A stretch of DNA of 64,000 nucleotides from an uncultured Rhodothermales bacterium (GTDB taxonomy: Bacteria > Bacteroidota > Rhodothermia > Rhodothermales > VXPQ01): NCBI GenBank assembly GCA_965651265.1, contig CBFGRV010000012.1, positions 1,401 to 65,400 on the forward strand, in the 5' to 3' direction. Numbering within the stretch: the first letter of the stretch is position 1; the number at the start of each line of letters is the position of its first letter. The notes beneath the pieces were generated by a model that saw nothing but the letters and a program-made list of their open reading frames with translations, was not told the origin of the DNA and made no database searches. A program made the translations under genes and the position numbers. Below are positions 14,340 through 23,200 of this stretch, one piece after another.

Positions 14340-16751
14340 ATGGAAGAGACGGTTCAGCAAGAGGCCCACGCCGTATCTGATTCAGCGTATGCTTTCGCGC
14401 CATTCAAACGCGCCGCCGTACTGGGTGCCGGGACGATGGGTGCGCAGATCGCCGCCCACCTGGCGAATGTGGGCCTGCACGTGGATTTGCTCGACATCCC
14501 CGGCAAGGACTCGGACGATCCGGACGAGATTGCCAGGGCGGGCTTGAGCCGGGCCAAGAAGATCAGGCCCAATCCCTTCTTCACCACTAGCGCGGCGGAT
14601 CGCATTTTCATCGGGAATTTTGAGCAGGACTTCGACAGGCTGCGTGATGCGGACTGGGTGTTGGAGGCGGTGGTCGAACGAATGGACATCAAACGCTCGC
14701 TCATGGAGCGTGTGGAGGCCGCAGTTGGCGAAAACACCATCGTCTCGACGAACACGAGCGGTCTCTCCATAGCCGAGATTGCATCAGGTAGATCTGAGGC
14801 GTTTCGGCGACGCTTTCTGGGCACGCACTTCTTCAATCCCCCCAGGTATCTGAAATTACTCGAGCTGGTGCCATCTGCGGATACGGATCCAGAGGTGGTC
14901 GCACGGATGGCGCACTTCGGACGCGTGCACCTTGGCAAGGGCATCGTAATCGCGCGGGATACGCCCTACTTCATTGGTAATCGGATCGGGGTGTATGCCA
15001 TGCTTCAGGCAATGCGCGAGTTCACCGATGGGGAGTTCTCCATCGAGGAGATCGATGCGCTGACGGGCACGCTAGTCGGACGGCCTCGATCAGCCACGTT
15101 TCGGACCGCCGATGTGGTGGGCCTCGACGTGATGCTCAACGTGGCGGATAATCTCTTCGAAGCCGTACCCGACGACGAGAGTAGGGAGGCCTTCGTGGCG
15201 CCGGATCTATTGCGACGTTTGGTGGAGCACGGCCGGCTCGGCCAGAAATCGGGCGCCGGATTCTATCGGAAAGAGGGCAAGGAGATCAAATCAGTGGATC
15301 CAGGCTCCCTCGAGTACCGCTCGCCGGAATCTCTTCGTCTGCCGGAGCTGGAGACTATCGACGAGTCGGCGGGTTTGCAAGACCGTCTAAGGAAGCTTTT
15401 CGATTTGGAGGGCCGAGCGGGAGATTTCTTCCGACGCACGACCCTGGACTTGTTGGCCTACAGTGCGAGACGCATTCCCGAAATCACGGATTCGCCGGCC
15501 GATATCGATCGTGCCATGCGCTGGGGATTCGGTTGGGAACTGGGGCCGTTCCAGATCTGGGATGCCCTCGGTTTCGAGCGCGTGAAGGATGCGATGGAAG
15601 AGCGAGGCATTGCCTTGCCGTCGTGGATCGACTCTATGTCACAGGGCGACAAAGCAGCCTTCTACAGCAAATCGCACGTCGGGTCCACCGTCTACGTCCC
15701 GGTGCACGGTCGCTACGAGGCAGACCCCGCCCCTGCGGATACCATCGATGTGGCCACGCTGAAGGCAGAGCCCGAAAGGGAGATCTGGTCGGCGGAGGAC
15801 TGCGCGCTCCTGGATATCGGCGATGGAGTGGCGCTATTCGAGTTTCGATCGAAGGCGAACACGCTGGGCCGAGCCGTCATCGAAGGGCTCATCGAGGCGA
15901 TAGATCGCATCGAGGCCGATCGTGCGTGGCGGGGGATGGTAATCGGCAACGATGGAAAGAACTTTTCCGTTGGGGCCAACCTGTTTGAGCTTGCCTCTGC
16001 CGTGCGGCAGGGCTCCATCGAGATCGTCGATGGCTATCTCCGAATGTTCCAGACGGCCATGCAGCGCGTTCGATATGCGGCCAAGCCGGTCGTCGTCGCG
16101 GCGCATCAACGCGTACTTGGTGGTGGCTGTGAACTGCTCATGGCCAGCACCCATCCGGTGGCCGCGGCGGAAAGCTACATCGGACTCGTGGAGCTGGGCG
16201 TGGGCCTGATCCCGGCAGCCTCTGGATCGACTCGACTGGCCGCGCTTGCAGCCAGGCGCACGCCCAATGGGCATCCCAGCGAGATTCAGCCCTGGCTGCG
16301 GAAGTTTTTCGAGACGGTGGCCATGTCGACGGTGTCGACGAGTGCCCGCGAGGCCCAGGAGCTTGGATTCCTCCCGCCCCACGCCCGCATCGTGATGAAC
16401 GACGACCGTCGCCTCTTCGTCGCGCGCGAACTGGTCAGGCAGTTGTCGAACGAGGGATACTATCCGCCACCTCGGCGAACTGTGAAGGTTCTGGGCGAGC
16501 CGACACAGGCGGCCCTTGCAGTCATGGTGCAGCAGTACGTGGAGGGCCGTTTCATCTCGGAATACGACGCCTTCCTGGCGAATCGACTGGCATTCGTGAT
16601 GACGGGTGGCGAGCTCACGGCCCCGCAGGAAGTGTCGGAGGAGTATCTCCTGGAACTCGAGCGACAGGTCTTTCTCGAGTTGGTTCAACAGCCGAAGACG
16701 CAAGCGCGTATCGAGCACATGCTGAAGACGAAGCAGCCTTTGAGGAATTGA
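14340..16751 (+). CDS. fadN: Bifunctional 3-hydroxyacyl-CoA dehydrogenase / enoyl-CoA hydratase (FadN-type domain order)
   Basis: N-terminal NAD fold AVLGAGTMGAQIAAHLANVGL and a C-terminal crotonase region (FRSKANTLG...GKNFSVGANL). I prefer the ATG at 14340, which has AGGAGG 9 nt upstream; the track start at 14319 is a TTG overlapping the fadD stop. Confidence 0.85.
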   Translation: MEETVQQEAHAVSDSAYAFAPFKRAAVLGAGTMGAQIAAHLANVGLHVDLLDIPGKDSDDPDEIARAGLSRAKKIRPNPFFTTSAADRIFIGNFEQDFDRLRDADWVLEAVVERMDIKRSLMERVEAAVGENTIVSTNTSGLSIAEIASGRSEAFRRRFLGTHFFNPPRYLKLLELVPSADTDPEVVARMAHFGRVHLGKGIVIARDTPYFIGNRIGVYAMLQAMREFTDGEFSIEEIDALTGTLVGRPRSATFRTADVVGLDVMLNVADNLFEAVPDDESREAFVAPDLLRRLVEHGRLGQKSGAGFYRKEGKEIKSVDPGSLEYRSPESLRLPELETIDESAGLQDRLRKLFDLEGRAGDFFRRTTLDLLAYSARRIPEITDSPADIDRAMRWGFGWELGPFQIWDALGFERVKDAMEERGIALPSWIDSMSQGDKAAFYSKSHVGSTVYVPVHGRYEADPAPADTIDVATLKAEPEREIWSAEDCALLDIGDGVALFEFRSKANTLGRAVIEGLIEAIDRIEADRAWRGMVIGNDGKNFSVGANLFELASAVRQGSIEIVDGYLRMFQTAMQRVRYAAKPVVVAAHQRVLGGGCELLMASTHPVAAAESYIGLVELGVGLIPAASGSTRLAALAARRTPNGHPSEIQPWLRKFFETVAMSTVSTSAREAQELGFLPPHARIVMNDDRRLFVARELVRQLSNEGYYPPPRRTVKVLGEPTQAALAVMVQQYVEGRFISEYDAFLANRLAFVMTGGELTAPQEVSEEYLLELERQVFLELVQQPKTQARIEHMLKTKQPLRN

Positions 16752-16754
16752 GGG

Positions 16755-17936
16755 ATGGAAGAAGCCTATATCATAAGTGCCGTACGTACCCCTGTTGGTA
16801 AGGCGGACCGCGGTGCGCTCCGGCATGTGCGGCCGGAGCAGCTAGGGGCGCGTGCCGTGAATGAGGCCATTGCCCGAGTTCCTGGCCTCGATCCCGAGCT
16901 CGTCGATGATGTACTCATCGGATGCGCCTTCCCCGAAGGCTCACAGGGTCAGAACGTCGGACGCATCATCGCGCAAAAAGCTGGGTTGCCCGATGACATT
17001 CCCGGCGCGACGATCAACCGTTTCTGCTCCTCCGGCCTGCAGACCATCGCCATGGCCACCCAGGCGATACGCACGGGATTCGCGGATGTGGTGGTCGCCG
17101 GCGGCACCGAGTCGATGAGCCTGGTCCCTATGACCGGATTTTTCTTTCAGCCTGACCCCCAGACGGTGAAGGACGATATCGACGTATTTGTGTCAATGGG
17201 TATCACGGCTGAGAACGTTGCCGAGAAGTACGGCGTGTCTCGCGAGGATCAGGATGCGTTCGCGTTGCGGTCGCATGAGAAAGCGATCGATGCATTGGAT
17301 AGCGGGCGATTCGATGATGAGACCGTGCCGATTGAGATCGAGGAGATCCTTTTCCAGAACGGTGCCCCGAAGACCGTACGCCGGACGTTCGCCAGCGATG
17401 AAGGGCCGCGAAGGGATACCAGCCTCGAAGCGCTGGCGGGATTGCAGCCTGTGTTCAGGCGCGGCGGCACGGTGACGGCCGGTAATTCGTCACAGCGCTC
17501 GGATGGTGCGGCCGCCGCCGTCGTGATGAGCGAGCGCCGTATGCGCGACCTAGGCGTCGAACCATTGGCTCGCCTTGTCGGCTTCGCGCTCGCGGGCGTC
17601 CCTCCGGAGCTCATGGGGATCGGACCCATACGTGCCGTACAAAAGGTGCTGGAGCAGACGGGGCTCACCCTCGACGATATCGGGCTCGTCGAATTGAATG
17701 AGGCTTTTGCCGCGCAGGCCATCGCCGTAATTCGTGAGCTGGGCCTCGACGAGGACATCGTCAATGTGAATGGCGGTGCCATCGCATTGGGACATCCGCT
17801 CGGCTGCACGGGCACCAAACTCACTGCCAGCCTCATTTACGAGATGCAGAGACGCGGCGTGCGCTATGGCATTTGCACGATGTGCGTTGGGGGAGGAATG
17901 GGGGCTGCGGGGATCATCGAGAATCTGCGGATCTAA
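16755..17936 (+). CDS. fadA: Acetyl-CoA C-acyltransferase (3-ketoacyl-CoA thiolase)
   Basis: 393 aa with the thiolase motifs INRFCSSGLQ (active Cys), NEAFAAQ, GGAIALGHPLGCTG and CVGGGMG. Starts 3 nt after the fadN stop. Confidence 0.92.
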   Translation: MEEAYIISAVRTPVGKADRGALRHVRPEQLGARAVNEAIARVPGLDPELVDDVLIGCAFPEGSQGQNVGRIIAQKAGLPDDIPGATINRFCSSGLQTIAMATQAIRTGFADVVVAGGTESMSLVPMTGFFFQPDPQTVKDDIDVFVSMGITAENVAEKYGVSREDQDAFALRSHEKAIDALDSGRFDDETVPIEIEEILFQNGAPKTVRRTFASDEGPRRDTSLEALAGLQPVFRRGGTVTAGNSSQRSDGAAAAVVMSERRMRDLGVEPLARLVGFALAGVPPELMGIGPIRAVQKVLEQTGLTLDDIGLVELNEAFAAQAIAVIRELGLDEDIVNVNGGAIALGHPLGCTGTKLTASLIYEMQRRGVRYGICTMCVGGGMGAAGIIENLRI

Positions 17937-17947
17937 CCGGGGCGAAA

Positions 17948-20434
17948 ATGCCATTCTACGATTTCTTGTCACCGATACGTGGAGGATGGATTGCGCTCGC
18001 GATCGTGTTAGTGATCCTGGCGCTTGGCTATGTAGCTGCGCCATTGTGGGTCTGGACGCTGGCGACCGCGATCGTCCTGTATGGCACCGGGGCGCCCGTC
18101 TGGCTCTGGGGGGTCTTCGGTGCACTTGCGCTGCTTCTGAACGTGCCCGCAATAAGGCGGGTGGTGCTCTCCGGGCCCTTGATGTGGATGCTCAAGGCCA
18201 GCGGCTTCATGCCCACCATATCCGAGACGGAACAAGCGGCCATCGATTCTGGAGACGTGTGGGTCGATGGAGAGCTCTTCTCCGGGCGACCCAATTTCGC
18301 GCGCCTGATGGACGAAGCGTATCCCTCCCTGAGCGGCGAGGAGCTGGCGTTTCTCGACGGCCCCGTCGAAGAGGTTTGTCGAATGGTCGACGACTGGGAT
18401 GTCTACCAGCGTGGCGATCTACCCGAAGAGGTGTGGGAGTACTTGAAGCGCGAACGCTTCTTTGGAATGATCATCCCAAAGGAGTACGGCGGGCTTGGTT
18501 TTTCTTCTCTGGCCAACAGCGCCGTTGTCAAGAAGCTCGCGACGCGATCGCTTCCGCTCTCCATCACCGTGATGGTGCCGAACTCGCTCGGCCCTGCCGA
18601 GCTGCTCATCGACCATGGGACGCCGGCACAGCGGGAGCGCTGGCTTGGCCGGCTGGCGAAAGGTGAGGAGATTCCGGCATTCGGTCTCACGGAGCAGAAC
18701 GCTGGATCAGATGCGGGGGGAATAGAGGCGGATGGCGTCGTTTTCCGTGGTGAGAATGGCGATCTCTTCATCCGGCTCAACTGGCGAAAGAGGTATATAA
18801 CCCTGGCGTCGGTTGCGACCGTCCTGGGCCTCGCCTTCAAACTTCGGGATCCGGACAACTTGCTGGGTAAAGGACCGCATCCGGGTATCACTTGTGCCCT
18901 CATACCGACGGACATCCCGGGCGTCGAGACGGGCTGGCGCCACGATCCCCTCGGCGTGCCGTTCATCAACTCCGCGACGGAAGGACATGATGTCGTTGTG
19001 CCGGTCGACGCCATCATAGGCGGCGTGGAAGGTGCAGGTCAGGGGTGGCGAATGTTGATGGAATCGCTCGCCGCGGGGCGAGGCATTTCATTGCCCGCAC
19101 AGAGCACGGGCGGCGCGCAGATGGCATTCCGAGTCGCCTCCGCCCATGCCTCCATCCGAAAGCAGTTCGGTCTGCAGATCGGTCGTTTCGAGGGAATTGA
19201 GGAGCCGTTGGCCCGGATCGGGGGGTACACGTACATCCTGGAGGCCGCCCGGCGCTACACATGCGGTGGAATCGACCGTGGCGCAAAACCGGCCGTGGTC
19301 ACGGCGATGGCGAAGTACAATTCGACCGAATTGCAGCGTAAGGTTGTTAACGACGCGATGGACATCCTCGGAGGCAACGGCATAGTTCGCGGCCCGCGAA
19401 ATCTGATGGCCCATGCCTACATGGGGACCCCCATCGGGATTACCGTGGAGGGAGCTAACATCCTCACGCGCACGCTCATGATCTTCGGTCAGGGAGCGAT
19501 TCGGTGCCATCCGTACGCTTTGAAGGAGATCAATGCGCTCGCGGCTGGAGACGTGGGCGCGTTCGACAAGTACTTCTGGAAGCACGTCGGACACGTCATT
19601 ACTACGGGTCTGCGAGGGGTCGTACTGAACCTGACGCGGGGCTATTTGTCCGGCGCGCCCGTGTCCGGACCGGCCCGTCGGTACGTCAAAAAGCTGAATT
19701 GGGCTGCGACGGAGTTTGCCTTCCTGGCCGACGTGGCCATGGGTTCGCTGGGCGGCCAGCTAAAACGAAAGGAGAAGATCACGGGGCGATTTGCCGATAT
19801 GTTCTCGTGGCTCTACCTCGGTACGGCGACGGTGCGCCGCTTCGAGGCAGAGGGGCGGCGGAAGGAGGATGTGCCGTTCCTACACTGGTCGATGGCAAAC
19901 GCTCTGGCAGAGATTCAGAAGGCGCGTGAGGGGCTCCTCGAGAATCTCGCGGTTCCCGGATTGGGGTGGTTTTTCCGTGGTCCGCTAGCTCTCTGGGCGC
20001 GCGTCAACAGGATGGGAATACCTCCATCCGACCGATTGGGGCATCTAGTGGCGCAACTCATGCAAACGCCTGGCGAACAACGGGACCGTTTTACGGACGG
20101 CATCTTCATCTCACGCGAGCCCGATGAGCCGATGGCTCGCATGGAAGAGGCCTTCGTGCTTGCCGTCGAAGCCGAAGATCTTCTGAGCCGGATTCGACAG
20201 GCTATGAGGGAGGGTCGTATTCAACGGTCGCGCCCGAGCGATGCTCTTCGTTACGCCCTCGAGGCAGGTATCGTCACTCCGGAGGAGGCGAGCCTCATCC
20301 AGCGTGCCGAGGCCGCACGAAACGACTACACGCGCGTGGACGCATTTACCCTGGAAGAGTACGACGTACTGCGGCTTGGCGCTCGGGGACGACCCGATGA
20401 GGCGCGATTTGAGGCCGCATCCGTGCACCGTTAG
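17948..20434 (+). CDS. fadE: FadE-type large acyl-CoA dehydrogenase with N-terminal membrane helices
   Basis: About 829 aa. N-terminal hydrophobic helices, an ACAD core (FGLTEQNAGSDAGG, EGANIL) and a long C-terminal domain as in E. coli FadE. The ATG at 17948 removes the overlap with the thiolase. Confidence 0.85.
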   Translation: MPFYDFLSPIRGGWIALAIVLVILALGYVAAPLWVWTLATAIVLYGTGAPVWLWGVFGALALLLNVPAIRRVVLSGPLMWMLKASGFMPTISETEQAAIDSGDVWVDGELFSGRPNFARLMDEAYPSLSGEELAFLDGPVEEVCRMVDDWDVYQRGDLPEEVWEYLKRERFFGMIIPKEYGGLGFSSLANSAVVKKLATRSLPLSITVMVPNSLGPAELLIDHGTPAQRERWLGRLAKGEEIPAFGLTEQNAGSDAGGIEADGVVFRGENGDLFIRLNWRKRYITLASVATVLGLAFKLRDPDNLLGKGPHPGITCALIPTDIPGVETGWRHDPLGVPFINSATEGHDVVVPVDAIIGGVEGAGQGWRMLMESLAAGRGISLPAQSTGGAQMAFRVASAHASIRKQFGLQIGRFEGIEEPLARIGGYTYILEAARRYTCGGIDRGAKPAVVTAMAKYNSTELQRKVVNDAMDILGGNGIVRGPRNLMAHAYMGTPIGITVEGANILTRTLMIFGQGAIRCHPYALKEINALAAGDVGAFDKYFWKHVGHVITTGLRGVVLNLTRGYLSGAPVSGPARRYVKKLNWAATEFAFLADVAMGSLGGQLKRKEKITGRFADMFSWLYLGTATVRRFEAEGRRKEDVPFLHWSMANALAEIQKAREGLLENLAVPGLGWFFRGPLALWARVNRMGIPPSDRLGHLVAQLMQTPGEQRDRFTDGIFISREPDEPMARMEEAFVLAVEAEDLLSRIRQAMREGRIQRSRPSDALRYALEAGIVTPEEASLIQRAEAARNDYTRVDAFTLEEYDVLRLGARGRPDEARFEAASVHR

Positions 20435-20579
20435 GCAGCGAGATGCCAAATAGATAACCTCGTTGTGAATATCCCTTGAAACCCTGGTCCGATCTTTGCA
20501 TTTCGAATTCCAGGATGGCGGTTCGGCACGCATGGCGCATCCGCCGTACTAACCTGGAACGAAAGAAGATCGGATTCTC

Positions 20580-21308
20580 ATGAGAGGCTGGGGTCTAGAG
20601 CTATTTACGAGCGCCCTCGACGACTTCGAACGAGCGCAATACCAGATTCTGAGCAATCTGCAGCATGTGCGGCATCAGTTTTCGCACAACCGCATCTATC
20701 CGTACCTGGGCGATCTGGTACGACTTTACGGCACGTTGCAGTCGATCGTGAGCTCCAGTGAGAATCTCCGGGGCGCCCTTCCTGCGAACATCAAGGACGT
20801 TGACCTGGAAGCACAGGAAATCATCTACGAGCAGCCGGAGCTTGAAAGCGATCAAATGCAGGCCATCGAAGATCTCATTCGATGGGCTCTGCCGCACATC
20901 CAAAGCGCCATAGACGAAGGGAAGACAATCTTCGAGTTTGTCGAAAATCATCTGCAAATGGAGGAGGTCGGGATCGTTCCTTCCTACGTGCAGGAGGGGT
21001 ATCTATTCGTTCCGGACCATGAGAAGGCGGAACTGCACGTCCTTCAGTACAATCTGTCCATTTTCATGGGCCCCAATGAAAGGTACCGGAGCCTTCGGAC
21101 CTCGCACGTAAAGAGCATTCCTCAGCGACTGATCAGGCATTCCCCGCAGCGCCTGAAGCTGTCGCTCATGGAGGAGCGTCGCGAGCTTCCCAACCCGGCC
21201 ACCTACAACTTCGATTTCGACCTCGATTTTCCCTACGAGAACACCGTTCTACCCGTCGCGAAGCGGAAGCTCATGCGCTATCTGTTCTCGGACGCCGGGA
21301 CGGCGTAG
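20580..21308 (+). CDS. Hypothetical protein (242 aa), no recognisable domain
   Basis: Clean ORF with a plausible composition and no convincing competing ORF. I recognised no motif. Confidence 0.5.
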   Translation: MRGWGLELFTSALDDFERAQYQILSNLQHVRHQFSHNRIYPYLGDLVRLYGTLQSIVSSSENLRGALPANIKDVDLEAQEIIYEQPELESDQMQAIEDLIRWALPHIQSAIDEGKTIFEFVENHLQMEEVGIVPSYVQEGYLFVPDHEKAELHVLQYNLSIFMGPNERYRSLRTSHVKSIPQRLIRHSPQRLKLSLMEERRELPNPATYNFDFDLDFPYENTVLPVAKRKLMRYLFSDAGTA

Positions 21309-21348
21309 CAGATAGCAAAAGCGCTGAAGCGGACGTCGGCTGTTTGGG

Positions 21349-22734
21349 TTACACAGCCGAGAAATCCGGCAGCGTCGTTCCGTTTTTGCCGCGCGCAAGG
21401 AACGTACTGCAACGGACGGCAGCGTCATGTCCCGATTGCGCGGTTTCGCCCACAGATATGCCGTTTCTGAAGTTGCCAGCGACGAACACGCCCGAATTTT
21501 CCTCTTCGAGCTGATCGGCGGCTCGCAATACACTTCCATAACCGATCGTGTATTGCGGGATGGCATGCTCCCAGAAGACGTGGTGTCGAAAAGTCGGACG
21601 GTCTGAAATTCCCAGCAGCCTCGAGAGGTCTGCGTGGACGACGTCGAAAAGCTGATCGGATGACTTTCCCGCTAGCTCGGGACGGCGTGCACCGCCGACG
21701 AAGCTCGTTAGCAGTACGTGGCCTTCCGGTGCCCGCCCAGGGAAAATAGAGCTCGTGAAGAGTGTGCCGAGAATCTGAAAAGAGCGTTCCACCTCGGGGA
21801 TCAACATTCCAAAGCCATCCAGAGGATGCCGGATGGCCGTTTTACGATATCCCAGGGCCACCACACTTAGCGGCGGGTATGAGACATCCCGAAAAGGGGA
21901 TAATTCGCTCACGAAATGTCCGATGAGTGTCGCCAGCCTATATAGAGGTACCGCGGCGATTATGGCATCGAAGTGATCGGATCGGTCGGTGAGGATCGTC
22001 CAGGAACCGTTTGACGGCCTGACTTCCTGAACGGGGCTATCGTAGCGGATGGCGTCTCCCAAGCTCGCGGCCATCGCAAGCGGAAGCTCCTGCAATCCGC
22101 CTCGAAACGAGAACATACGGTGGGTATCGGTTGCGGACGAGGCATCCCTTTGCCGATCGATTTGTCCCCTGATGATGGAGCCGGACTCTTGCTCCATCCT
22201 GAATAGAGACGGAAAAGCATATCGGATGGAGAGTCGCTCCGGATCTCCGGCGTAGACTCCGCCCACGAAGGGATTCATCCCGTAGTCCAGAAATTCTCCA
22301 CCCAGTCGCCTCCGGATGAAATCGGCCACGCTTTCCTCGATAGCCGGGTTACCCGGCGCTACGAACGGTTCGCGTAGAAGGCGCAATTTAGCGCGTGCGC
22401 CGAAGAGTTCGGAGCCGGCAAGCTGCAGAGGGGAGAGGGGCGCGGCCACGGGTCGGCCATCGCGCACGATAAAGCGATTGCGGGCGCCTTCACTTGCGCG
22501 AACGACGCGATCCTGGATCCCCAGCTGGTCGATGAGGTCGCTGATGAGGGGGCTGTGTGACTGGATAGAGTTAGGGCCTCGTTCGACCAGAAAGCCATCA
22601 ATCAACTCGGATGCGATCACTCCGCCCGCTCGTGATCCCGCTTCCAGGACGACGGGCTCGATCCCCATCTGGCGAAGCTGATGGGCCGCGGCAAGACCCG
22701 CTATACCCGCTCCAATGACGGCTACTTTCGGCAT
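21349..22734 (-). CDS. hemY: Protoporphyrinogen oxidase (HemY-type FAD amine-oxidase fold)
   Basis: MPKVAVIGAGIAGLAAAHQL dinucleotide-binding motif and C-terminal VFVAGNFRNGISVGETAQSG, about 461 aa. I prefer the ATG at 22734 over the longer track ORF. Confidence 0.75.
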   Translation of the reverse strand: MPKVAVIGAGIAGLAAAHQLRQMGIEPVVLEAGSRAGGVIASELIDGFLVERGPNSIQSHSPLISDLIDQLGIQDRVVRASEGARNRFIVRDGRPVAAPLSPLQLAGSELFGARAKLRLLREPFVAPGNPAIEESVADFIRRRLGGEFLDYGMNPFVGGVYAGDPERLSIRYAFPSLFRMEQESGSIIRGQIDRQRDASSATDTHRMFSFRGGLQELPLAMAASLGDAIRYDSPVQEVRPSNGSWTILTDRSDHFDAIIAAVPLYRLATLIGHFVSELSPFRDVSYPPLSVVALGYRKTAIRHPLDGFGMLIPEVERSFQILGTLFTSSIFPGRAPEGHVLLTSFVGGARRPELAGKSSDQLFDVVHADLSRLLGISDRPTFRHHVFWEHAIPQYTIGYGSVLRAADQLEEENSGVFVAGNFRNGISVGETAQSGHDAAVRCSTFLARGKNGTTLPDFSAV

Positions 22735-22888
22735 GGGTCGTTGGACTGCTTGTCGGCTGCTCTGTGCCCGCTTCTCGTGCGGATCATCCACGGAGCCGAC
22801 CTGGATGTAACAAAATCCGAAACATGCCGCCGCGCGATCCTGTAGAAAAATTATCGAGATTCTAAGCACAGACGTCTAAAAAGAGATC

Positions 22889-23083
22889 ATGGCTACCAAG
22901 AACATGAATGATAGCTGGCGACGCGTCAAGCGGCAGATCGAGATGATCTGGGAAGGGACCGAGTTTGACGAGAAGGAGCTGAAGCGCGCGCGTGGCGATC
23001 TACGGAAGATGATCAACCTCATTCATGAGAAAACGGGCGAGCCGCGTGGGGAAATCATGAACAAAATGAGTGCAATTCTTTAG
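22889..23083 (+). CDS. CsbD-like small stress protein (64 aa)
   Basis: The pattern W..VK.QI...W.G.....EL....G....L...I.EK.G resembles the CsbD/YjbJ family consensus. A strong terminator follows. Confidence 0.5.
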   Translation: MATKNMNDSWRRVKRQIEMIWEGTEFDEKELKRARGDLRKMINLIHEKTGEPRGEIMNKMSAIL

Positions 23084-23120
23084 TTGCCGATGCGTTGGCT
23101 GCATTGATCAATACACTTCT

Positions 23121-23149
23121 AGGCTCGGCTGGTGTGCCGGGCCTTTTTT
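23121..23149 (+). terminator. Rho-independent terminator after the CsbD-like gene
   Basis: 8-bp GC stem (23122-23129 pairs with 23136-23143, one G-U), 6-nt loop, then TTTTTT at 23144-23149. Confidence 0.65.
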
Positions 23150-23200
23150 GTAGGACCGCGTATGACACGAGTCATTTCGGCTGACGCCATCGGGTCGGCC

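Noticed and set aside
21336-21360. 8-bp perfect hairpin between the convergent hypothetical gene and hemY as a bidirectional terminator
   Set aside because: It overlaps the last codons of hemY, has a 9-nt loop and lacks a T-tract on either strand. That is too weak to call.
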